64,000 nt of DNA. Source: a virus (taxonomy: Duplodnaviria; Caudoviricetes). Below are positions 1 through 8,341 of the stretch, piece by piece. Made by a program: the position numbers and the translations under genes. Numbering within the stretch: position 1 is the stretch's first letter; each line of letters begins with the position of its first letter. Where the stretch lies: positions 17,683 through 81,682 of IMG/VR virus record IMGVR_UViG_3300005758_000087. One strand, 5' to 3'. The notes under the pieces are model-generated. The model was given only the letters and a program-made list of their open reading frames with translations, ran no database searches and was not told where the DNA came from.

Positions 1-236
1 TTATATTCGTCGGGCATAAACCATTTACTTTGATTGGATAAATCAAACTCTTCTTTGGATATGTCTAATGGAACATATTTTGTAAATTCGGGAACATTTG
101 CTATTTCTAAATCCGCTGGAATAGAAATATCAGTTTCTGTTATTGCTTTTTTTATTATTTGATCAGGGTTACTAAGATACAACTCGCACAAATCATCTTC
201 GGTTAAGAGTTGTTGTCCAAAAAAATCAGATTTCAT
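1..236 (-). CDS. Partial gene running off the left edge; probable N-terminal part of a DnaE-like (GRGS-half) protein
   Basis: Not in the ORF track. ATG at 236, open to the edge: MKSDFFGQQLLTEDDLCELYLS...NQSKWFMPDEY. Product call rests on my recollection of this phage protein family; the diagnostic GRGS motif would lie outside the window. Confidence 0.45.
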   Translation of the reverse strand, partial: MKSDFFGQQLLTEDDLCELYLSNPDQIIKKAITETDISIPADLEIANVPEFTKYVPLDISKEEFDLSNQSKWFMPDEY

Positions 237-274
237 CTGTCAATGATGACATATTTTTTTGTTAAAGTCAAATG

Positions 275-874
275 TTATTTTTCCGTTTTGTTTTCAAAAC
301 TAACAAACACTATTTCACTGGGAGCCAAAGATTCTTTTTTGTCTACCCATCCCAATAACAAATCGTCCCATGTGATTGGTGTTTTTTTGAGAGTTACTAC
401 TTTTTTTGATTTATCTAAATGATTTGATATTTTGGGCGAAGGATCGTTCCACCAACCTTTAAATTTAAAGGGCCCCACGTTTTCTTCATTGCTGTGTAAG
501 CAGCTTACTCCGTCACTCATTTTGGATGTTATTGCAATGTCATCCGGAATTAGTCTACCCTCAGTAATAGAATCTATTTTAACTAATAGCATGATTCCTA
601 TGATTTGATCGTAGGGTTCTTCAGGAATTAAACAAAGCTTTAAATTAGCCTGAGTTAATTTTTCTATTGCTTCTTTATTTTTTTCATTAATGAAAATGTG
701 ATGTTCTAGAGTATGAATAAAATATTTTACTCTATCCATAGCAATATTTTGTTCTGTTATATCTTCGCTTTCAACTGAAAATTGAACATTTACATCATAA
801 ATGTTCATATATAATTCATTTTCAAAATGAACACCTGCTACAAATTGAAAGTCACGAGTAATTCTTGCCGTCAT
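275..874 (-). CDS. Hypothetical protein, possible degenerate QueD/PTPS (T-fold) homolog
   Basis: 199 aa; ITRDFQFVAG..IYDVNVQFSVE..MDRVKYFIHTLEHHIFINE parallels the QueD pattern but lacks the Zn-binding histidines. Confidence 0.5.
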   Translation of the reverse strand: MTARITRDFQFVAGVHFENELYMNIYDVNVQFSVESEDITEQNIAMDRVKYFIHTLEHHIFINEKNKEAIEKLTQANLKLCLIPEEPYDQIIGIMLLVKIDSITEGRLIPDDIAITSKMSDGVSCLHSNEENVGPFKFKGWWNDPSPKISNHLDKSKKVVTLKKTPITWDDLLLGWVDKKESLAPSEIVFVSFENKTEK

Positions 875-1107
875 TTAGTATCTTTAGAAATGTTTATTTT
901 GGTTTGTAAATTTTGTTTTTTGTACATTTCGTCGATTCGTTTATTATATTCAGACTTATAGCTTTCTAACGCCATACGTATCTGATTCGTCATGGTACTA
1001 TTTTGTGCCCTATGTACAAAATTTAATTTTTTAGTAAGATCGTTTATGGTATTTTGCAACTCGTCAATATTTTTATTAGACAAGTCTGTAATAAAGGGAT
1101 GCTGCAT
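871..1107 (-). CDS. Hypothetical coiled-coil protein
   Basis: 78 aa, heptad-rich, ATGA overlap with the downstream gene. Confidence 0.7.
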   Translation of the reverse strand: MQHPFITDLSNKNIDELQNTINDLTKKLNFVHRAQNSTMTNQIRMALESYKSEYNKRIDEMYKKQNLQTKINISKDTK

Positions 1108-1108
1108 A

Positions 1109-1918
1109 TTATACCGCCGTCAACGCTATCTTACCCCAAATATTTGTAGTTCCATTATATGTACCCACGCATACATATAGGTAACTTCCATCTGTACATA
1201 TAAGTCCTGGTGCATCGCCCTGAAGTCCTACTGCTGAAGGTTGTCTAATTGGTATTTGCGAGGCTTTTTGATTTCTATTTGTGGGCATTACATCCACTAT
1301 AGTGCCGCAATCCAAAGTAGTAAAAGTCAAATCAATGTACTTAACTCTATTGGGGAAACTTATTTGATTCGTGTATGTAACATTGGCTATTACATTAGCA
1401 TCACTTACGTTAGAATAATAATTTTCCAATAATCGCATACTAGCGCCCATTCCAGTAATTAAATTTCCACTAGAATTGATAGTTGTGTTGGGGAAGGTAA
1501 GGTATGCATTAGCATTTGCTACATACAATCGTAATTCTAAGTTACTCTGTGTTCCTGAGGGAGCCCAGCCACCAAAAGTTATTGAAGTATTTTGTGTTAT
1601 AGTGCCATATTGTACATCTGCTTTTGTAACATCAATCAAGACAGAACTTGATAAATTATCACCTAAATTATATGTTTTTGCTCTAAATCCTTGCACACTA
1701 GCATTACTAATTAAAGTATTAGCCATGTCATTGTTTAATACACTACCGTCTATTGCTGTTTTTACTAAAGCTTTATTTTGCAAATCAGAAATTTCCGCTG
1801 CTGCGGTATTTAAATTGTTTTTTATACTTGCAAAGTTATCTCTAAATCCCTGAGTGGTATTATTAACACCCGGTATAGGGTAGTTGGTATCGATTGAATT
1901 TGTGTTTATTGCGCTCAT
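1109..1918 (-). CDS. Virion structural (tail/baseplate-associated) protein
   Basis: 269 aa, N/T/S-rich, N-terminal NYPIPGVNNTTQGFRDNF plus coiled segment; late promoter CTAAATA upstream. Confidence 0.6.
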   Translation of the reverse strand: MSAINTNSIDTNYPIPGVNNTTQGFRDNFASIKNNLNTAAAEISDLQNKALVKTAIDGSVLNNDMANTLISNASVQGFRAKTYNLGDNLSSSVLIDVTKADVQYGTITQNTSITFGGWAPSGTQSNLELRLYVANANAYLTFPNTTINSSGNLITGMGASMRLLENYYSNVSDANVIANVTYTNQISFPNRVKYIDLTFTTLDCGTIVDVMPTNRNQKASQIPIRQPSAVGLQGDAPGLICTDGSYLYVCVGTYNGTTNIWGKIALTAV

Positions 1919-1940
1919 AATATAGTATCCGTACTGTTAT

Positions 1941-4115
1941 TTAGTAGTCTATGTTCTTAGGTAAAATTGTTTCTCTAGGAAATAATATAGGCAAGTCATA
2001 CCTATCGATAGGATCAGGAGTGGGTACTGCTGCTGGAAGTTGCTCCCAAGAAGGTTGTAATAAATTAGTATTATAATTATAAGTGGCGCTTTTATCCACA
2101 ATTAACCTATCGATTGAGAAATCTATTATGTTTAATTTATAATTCCAATTATTGTTTATATTATTTCTTATTACTTCGCTATAGCCAGGAAGAGTGTAAC
2201 AAATTACCCAAACCTGTATGAAACCCAATGTTTCCCCATTCGATTGCTGACTAGTCATCCATTTGGGCAATAGACTTTGATTGGTATTGTGCGGTAGTGT
2301 TTCTAGCACTTCGGCTCTCATATTACTTAGGCTAGCTGGGTATAATGTGCGTACTGAACCCGGAGTATAACTAGTATATACATTTTCAAAACTAGTAAAA
2401 TAATCTTCGTTAGCAACAAAATAAGGACCTTCATCCAATGTTATTTTTTTAGGCCAAACTATTTCTTTGGGAATGCTAACACCGTTTTTATTTACAAGGT
2501 CATCTATTATTTCAGAATATACCACTTCATACACAATATTATTGTTTTCATCTTTAGCAACTGCTGTTTTGATTTCCCCTAATACTAATTTTCTGTTGTA
2601 ATGATTTCTGCTAATTACATCAATATACTTTTCTATGTTCACTGGTTCTACACCGTATATATGAACATACTTAACATCTTTGGCTTTCCCATAATACGGA
2701 TCATTAGGTCTATACAAATATTCTTCGGGTATTAGTTCATTATTGTCTAATAAACTTTGAATTATTTTTTTACCGGCTATGTTTGGGCAAGCCTTCAAAT
2801 ATATATTGTCAACTGGGGTCTCGAATTGCTGTAAAATAGTTAAAGTAAAAGTCCTTTCACTATTAATCATAGGATATTGTGGATTAAAGGCTTCAACAGT
2901 AAATGAGTAAGTGCTAATATCGTTTAAATTTTTCAATGAGCTAGATGGTTGAAATGGGAATCTACCTACTAACTGCCCATTGTCTAGCAAACTAATATTA
3001 GGTGGCAATTGCCCAGCAACAAGTCTGTATTCTAGTGCATTTTCTGAATTAGCTTTTACGTATAAGTTAGAAGTAGATCCATTATTGACAATGCCCAAAT
3101 CGCTATTCGTTTCCCAAATAACATCTTTGTTAATGTTATTAGTTATAATTAGTCTATATGTTTCTATATCACTAACTATAGTAGGATCATTAGATTTACT
3201 AACCTGAACGCTAAAGATAAATTCAGTTATGCTATTTTCAGAAAGAACCGGAACACCGGCGATCCACCCAGTACTAGCATCGCCTATTAGACCCGGAGGC
3301 AATACTCCAAAATTATAATTTATTGGTTGCTGATCAAAATCATATCCTATGATTTTAAAAGAGAAATATTCACCTGCATTAATCACTGATAAAAAATTAT
3401 CTTCGGGTAAATAATACCTATAATATGGATCTAATTCTGATACTGGCTGAACCAATGGTGTATTATTTAATATCGCTGGTTTTCTAGTGTTGGGGGGATT
3501 AGACAATTGTTGATTTCTAATTATTATGCTATATGTTTTAGAATCTAATCCCAACTCACTAGTAAGTTGTACCGTAAATGTGTAAGTTTTAGTTTCAGGA
3601 GATCCGTTGATATTAGTTGGTGGTAAGGGAAAACCTGTAATTTTGCCTACACTACTCATTTGCAAACCGGGGGGCAGAGATCCCGAAGATATGGTTAAAG
3701 TATATGTATTATTTGGTGCTGGGTTATTTACATTAATTTGATAGTCTATATATGTACTGTCTTCTACAATGAGTAAATTGCCGGGAGGTGTAGAAATTTT
3801 TATACCATCGAATCCAAAAATATTTAAAGAAAATGTCCTATCTCTAAAATTTCCAAAGTCATCAGTTACACGTATAGTAAAAGAATATGTAGTTTCAACT
3901 AGTATATTTTTAGGTATACCCGACAAAAAGCCAGTTTCAGATAACACTATATTGCTGCCAGGAATGCCTTCAGGCAAGGATCCATTTAATAACTTATAAG
4001 TTAATAAATTAGCTCCGGGAACAGATGAATTAGCGATGAATTGCAAGTTAAGTGGAGTTCCTGAAGGAAATGTTCCTAAATTTTGTGCAGGTGTTACCCA
4101 AACTGGTTGAGACAT
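1941..4115 (-). CDS. Ig-like (He_PIG) repeat virion protein, probable baseplate wedge subunit
   Basis: 724 aa; repeated GSLPPGL..S..G.I.G.P......Y.FT motifs typical of putative Ig domains; tail operon context. Confidence 0.65.
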   Translation of the reverse strand: MSQPVWVTPAQNLGTFPSGTPLNLQFIANSSVPGANLLTYKLLNGSLPEGIPGSNIVLSETGFLSGIPKNILVETTYSFTIRVTDDFGNFRDRTFSLNIFGFDGIKISTPPGNLLIVEDSTYIDYQINVNNPAPNNTYTLTISSGSLPPGLQMSSVGKITGFPLPPTNINGSPETKTYTFTVQLTSELGLDSKTYSIIIRNQQLSNPPNTRKPAILNNTPLVQPVSELDPYYRYYLPEDNFLSVINAGEYFSFKIIGYDFDQQPINYNFGVLPPGLIGDASTGWIAGVPVLSENSITEFIFSVQVSKSNDPTIVSDIETYRLIITNNINKDVIWETNSDLGIVNNGSTSNLYVKANSENALEYRLVAGQLPPNISLLDNGQLVGRFPFQPSSSLKNLNDISTYSFTVEAFNPQYPMINSERTFTLTILQQFETPVDNIYLKACPNIAGKKIIQSLLDNNELIPEEYLYRPNDPYYGKAKDVKYVHIYGVEPVNIEKYIDVISRNHYNRKLVLGEIKTAVAKDENNNIVYEVVYSEIIDDLVNKNGVSIPKEIVWPKKITLDEGPYFVANEDYFTSFENVYTSYTPGSVRTLYPASLSNMRAEVLETLPHNTNQSLLPKWMTSQQSNGETLGFIQVWVICYTLPGYSEVIRNNINNNWNYKLNIIDFSIDRLIVDKSATYNYNTNLLQPSWEQLPAAVPTPDPIDRYDLPILFPRETILPKNIDY

Positions 4116-4118
4116 ATT

Positions 4119-4739
4119 TTACTTACCTAATAATTTAAGTGCCAATTCATAATGGTGTTTTCTATCTTCTAATCCAATAGTGCCACCATTAATGCGTCTA
4201 GTTAAGCCAACGAAGTCATCTTTATCGCAGAAAGAATTTAAATTATTTTGATCCCAAAACCATCCGGCGCTACTTACGGCACCTTCTGGTGTTTCTAAAT
4301 AAGCCACTGTTTCTTCTAAACTAATCCCTAAATCTTGAGAAAATCTAGTATAATTGTTCCTTCCAGTTAACTGTATAAGTCCACGGCCGCAAAATTTCCA
4401 ACCATCGCCGCTGGCTTCATTACCATTGCCCATTCTATTAGCGTATACCCTATTTGCTATTCTTTCCGGATTACGGGCGTATTGATTAGCTAAATCTTGA
4501 GTCGGAAAATACTTTTTGAAAGTAGTCATCAATCCTTTAGCACTATAATTTAAATTTTCTTTTACAAAGTTAAAGCTACCGCTTTCGTGAGCTATTTGAG
4601 CTATAAATGCGGCTGCTCTTTTTTTATTCACATACATATCATAATATTCTGCTGTTTCATGTATCGAAAGAGCATATTTTTTTAATGTGCTTTCTTTAGT
4701 TTTTGGGCACAATTGTTTTAATATTTCTAAAGTAATCAT
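4119..4739 (-). CDS. Glycoside hydrolase family 19 (chitinase-like) lysin
   Basis: FIAQIAHESG, GRGLIQLTGRNNY and TRRINGG motifs; start moved to ATG 4739 (SD AGGA). Confidence 0.92.
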   Translation of the reverse strand: MITLEILKQLCPKTKESTLKKYALSIHETAEYYDMYVNKKRAAAFIAQIAHESGSFNFVKENLNYSAKGLMTTFKKYFPTQDLANQYARNPERIANRVYANRMGNGNEASGDGWKFCGRGLIQLTGRNNYTRFSQDLGISLEETVAYLETPEGAVSSAGWFWDQNNLNSFCDKDDFVGLTRRINGGTIGLEDRKHHYELALKLLGK

Positions 4740-4750
4740 AAATTTTCCTA

Positions 4751-7700
4751 TTATCCGTAAACACCTACCATTGTATACCACTGAGTAGTACTAGTTGCTA
4801 TAATCAATAATCTTGCTCCCACACCTAATGAAAATGATCCGTTAACGCCTATCGAGTCAATAGTTCCTCCATTTGCCGGATAAATTTTGACTGGGTTCGA
4901 TGCAGTATTAATTATGACAATTTGCATACCCACAGTTGCAGCTGGCAATCTTACTCCGTCGTTGGTTCCTGTAGCAGATGAACTGACAACATTTACTTGT
5001 TTAGTTAATGGGGTAGCGGTAGATAAAGTAGTACCAGAAGCCGAAATACCAGAACCCACACTTACTAGCATATATCCGTTTGAACTAATGTCCCCGCCTG
5101 TTAATGAACCATTTAATGTTAGGCCAGTTAACGTACCTACACTAGTAATATTAGGTTGATTGCCATTTACTATATTTTCTGCTAGAGTTGATGCTACTGC
5201 TTTGGCGCCACCTAATATAGTTCCGCTTTGTATCATAGATCCAGTTGCCGAACCTGCCATAGTTACAGCAGTGGTAGTGCAAGAAAGCACAGTATATGTA
5301 CCATTATATCCAGACGGTGATATGCCGCTTACTGTTACACTTTGGCCAGCAGTAAAAGGTGCGTAGCTTTGTGCAGAAAAACTTAATGTTTGAATACTAC
5401 CGGTGCCGGCTGTGGCAGTAACTACAACACGCATTCCGGTATTAAACATATTAATATTAGTGATACTTGCTCCATTTCCACTGAATAATGTCGCAGTAAA
5501 TGTACTACCATTAATATTAGATCCAGAAATGTCCCCAGCAGAAACTAAACTTCCTACATTAGCTGATCCTTGAATTATCATTCCTACACCGGAGCTTCTT
5601 ACAAAACCAGCCTGTGTTACTGGGCCATTAGTTGGGTTGGCATAAGTAACGTGAGTGGTATTTGATGATATTACTGAATATGTTCCGTTATATCCGGATG
5701 GTAGAAGTCCTGAAACTATTATAGTTGCACCTGAAGGAAAGGGTGCAGATAACTGTGGTGAAGCAAAAGACATGCTAGCCACTGAGCCGTTTCCGCTAGA
5801 TCCAGATATTTGAATTTGTAGATTAGAGCCGATGGTAATCTGTCCGCCTACAGCGTAGGTATTATTAACTATGCCCGTAGCAACAGTTATTCTATTCGCA
5901 GATGCATCTCCTGCTACGGCTAAATAACCATTTGCTATTAAATTAGACCCACTGACATTTCCAGTAGCCTGTAATATTCCCGCTGCAATATTTGCAATAT
6001 TGGCTGCACCAGTGGGCATACTTAAAATGCCTGAAATATTAACATTATTTGCATTTGCAGATGCTACTGCAAAACTAGCCACTGCAAGGTTAACAATATT
6101 AGCATTACTTCCTGTAATATTTCCAGTTACATTAAGTGCGCTGCTAACTGTAGTGGAAGTTCCAGCAACAGTAAAATTGCCACTTACTGTTAAGCCACCT
6201 GTTTGTAGATTGCCGGTAGTTGCATTTCCGGTAACACTAAGTGTTCCGCCAGTAGCCAAATTGCCTGCTGATGCAGTACCCACTACGCTTAGAATAGAAC
6301 TGTTTAAAGTACCTACATTAGCAGTTGCACCTGATGCATTTATAACGGACGTAATCACTAACGCATTCATACTACCATTTGCCGCAGCAATATTACCCGG
6401 AGTGTTTATCGATGCAGCAGTAACAACACCAGAAGCATTAATACTACTAGAAACAATATTACCCACACTAGCATTTCCAGCTACACTTAAAAATCCGTTT
6501 GTTACTACGTTGCCACTAGTTAAGTTTCCGATAACATTAAGAAGCCCTGATTCCATAACAGAGGCTCCGGTTAAGCTACCGTTTACTGTTATGCTTTGGG
6601 TAGACATATTACCTAAAGTAGCGTTACCAGATACACTTAAACCACCGTTAGTAGATATGCTGCCGGCGGTAATATTGCCCGTAACACCCAACGAACCGCT
6701 AGTAGCTAAATTTCCAGCAGTTATGTTAGCAGTAGCAGCAATGGTCGCAGCAGACACAAATCCACTAGTAGTGAGATTTCCTATATTAGCATTTCCATCT
6801 ACTCGTAATATTCCTGAAGCTACTAAATTTGCACCCGAAATATTTCCAGAAACACTTACTATCTGACCGGTTAAGGTAGTAGTTGTTATGTTGCCGGCGC
6901 TGGCATTACCCGCTACATTTAAGAATCCATTAGTAGTGACATTACCTGAAAATTCAGCAGTAGAAGCTAAAACACCTACTGTTATCAAGTTGCCAGCAGA
7001 TACATTTCCGCCGGCTGACAATGAACCGCTAGCTGAAAGATTCCCCACAACACCATTTCCAGAAACCGTAAGTCCACCACTGGTTACTAAGTTTCCACCT
7101 GCTACATTGCCTGCAATGCTTAATAAATTAGTAGCTTTATTAAATGTCATTCCTGAAACAGCAGAGGTATTGCCGCCGTCATTGAATAAAATTTGTGTAT
7201 TGTTGCCTGGAGCTTGCAGTACAGTTCCCGGTGGTAATATAATATTTGCTGCAACATTGGTTGCCGTTATAGTGCCTGTAGTATTAATATTTGCAGCTTC
7301 AAGATTTCCTACAACACTTAATTCTCCACTACTTATGTTACCTGAAACAGAAAGATTGTTTAAAATACCTACATTAGTTATATTTGGTTGATTGCTGCTA
7401 GTAATAGTACCGTCGATAAATACCGCTGTTATGTTCCCCACAGCCAAATTACCACTGACAGTTGCACTAGGAATAGATATACCTCCTGTACCATTGTCAC
7501 TTACCGTTGCAGTGCCTAATCGTAACGAATTTCCACTAAGCCACAAGTCCCTGAATCTATGTGTATTATTACCTAAATCATAAAATTCATTTATTGAAGG
7601 TATGAAGTTAGATGTTATGTACCCGCTTACATTAATGTTAGCGATGTTAGCAGACGCTATATTAGCAGAAGTTATTGCAGCGGTTGAGAAGGTACCGAAG

Positions 7701-8245
7701 CTAGTAAAAATGTTATCAATTAATATTCCATTAGCATTAGAGCTAATAGCTCTAGTGCCAATACTTATTCCATTAGATCCTAAAAATATTGTACGCCATC
7801 TATTGGTGCTATTTCCGATATCGAGTGTTACATTGGTATTGGGATTTAATGCAGTGCTAATTGTACCGGTTACTGCTAAATTGGCAGTACGGGTGCTTAC
7901 TGTGAAATTTGCATTTCCAGTAGTAATACTATTAGCTAAATTGAAAACTATAGGTGTGCTATAGCTAGATATAGTAGCACTATTACTTGTGGCTGCACCT
8001 ACCCCCACCAATAAATTATTACTTACTTGAACGGTTAGATTAGGAAAATTGGTAGTAATAAGTATATTACCTACGTTACTGTTTTGCGAAAGTCCGGGTC
8101 CTACATCTAACGAAATAACACCAGCGGATAACTGTGTGTTATATAAATCTGTAAAGTTATTTTGTATCTTTTGAAATGCTGCACGTAACGGATCCGCAGA
8201 AGGATCATTAGGAAACGTACCAAAATCTATAAACTGTTGAGCCAT
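4751..8245 (-). CDS. Long tail fibre/baseplate fibre protein
   Basis: 1164 aa; gp9/gp10-like N-terminus IDFGTFPNDPSADPLRAAFQKIQNNF; many G/N/A/S/T-rich beta repeats; two VSG..PSGYNGTY domains. Confidence 0.8.
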   Translation of the reverse strand: MAQQFIDFGTFPNDPSADPLRAAFQKIQNNFTDLYNTQLSAGVISLDVGPGLSQNSNVGNILITTNFPNLTVQVSNNLLVGVGAATSNSATISSYSTPIVFNLANSITTGNANFTVSTRTANLAVTGTISTALNPNTNVTLDIGNSTNRWRTIFLGSNGISIGTRAISSNANGILIDNIFTSFGTFSTAAITSANIASANIANINVSGYITSNFIPSINEFYDLGNNTHRFRDLWLSGNSLRLGTATVSDNGTGGISIPSATVSGNLAVGNITAVFIDGTITSSNQPNITNVGILNNLSVSGNISSGELSVVGNLEAANINTTGTITATNVAANIILPPGTVLQAPGNNTQILFNDGGNTSAVSGMTFNKATNLLSIAGNVAGGNLVTSGGLTVSGNGVVGNLSASGSLSAGGNVSAGNLITVGVLASTAEFSGNVTTNGFLNVAGNASAGNITTTTLTGQIVSVSGNISGANLVASGILRVDGNANIGNLTTSGFVSAATIAATANITAGNLATSGSLGVTGNITAGSISTNGGLSVSGNATLGNMSTQSITVNGSLTGASVMESGLLNVIGNLTSGNVVTNGFLSVAGNASVGNIVSSSINASGVVTAASINTPGNIAAANGSMNALVITSVINASGATANVGTLNSSILSVVGTASAGNLATGGTLSVTGNATTGNLQTGGLTVSGNFTVAGTSTTVSSALNVTGNITGSNANIVNLAVASFAVASANANNVNISGILSMPTGAANIANIAAGILQATGNVSGSNLIANGYLAVAGDASANRITVATGIVNNTYAVGGQITIGSNLQIQISGSSGNGSVASMSFASPQLSAPFPSGATIIVSGLLPSGYNGTYSVISSNTTHVTYANPTNGPVTQAGFVRSSGVGMIIQGSANVGSLVSAGDISGSNINGSTFTATLFSGNGASITNINMFNTGMRVVVTATAGTGSIQTLSFSAQSYAPFTAGQSVTVSGISPSGYNGTYTVLSCTTTAVTMAGSATGSMIQSGTILGGAKAVASTLAENIVNGNQPNITSVGTLTGLTLNGSLTGGDISSNGYMLVSVGSGISASGTTLSTATPLTKQVNVVSSSATGTNDGVRLPAATVGMQIVIINTASNPVKIYPANGGTIDSIGVNGSFSLGVGARLLIIATSTTQWYTMVGVYG

Positions 8246-8266
8246 ATTTATGTCTACCTTATTACG

Positions 8267-8274
8267 TATTTATC
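8267..8274 (-). promoter_or_regulatory. T4-type late promoter GATAAATA
   Basis: Motif 21 nt upstream of the fibre gene start. Confidence 0.65.
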
Positions 8275-8299
8275 GTTTCTTTACCAGTAATTGCTAACC

Positions 8300-8329
8300 A
8301 AAAAAAAGCCCGGCTTAGCCGGGCTTTTT
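8300..8329. terminator. Rho-independent terminator (bidirectional)
   Basis: A8-GCCCGGC-TTA-GCCGGGC-T5. Confidence 0.85.
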
Positions 8330-8341
8330 GAATATAACATA

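Noticed and set aside
243-271. Sigma70 promoter TTGACT-17-CATCAT upstream of the edge gene
   Set aside because: The -10 box is too degenerate to call in AT-rich DNA.
4887-7964. Long plus-strand ORFs (e.g. 6000-6866, 6888-7391) over the tail fibre gene
   Set aside because: Antisense shadows of a G/N/A/S/T-rich repetitive gene whose codons rarely give stops on the opposite strand; no RBS, no motifs. The same applies to shadows over 1941-4115, 14930-18478, 31382-33769 and 58516-60372.
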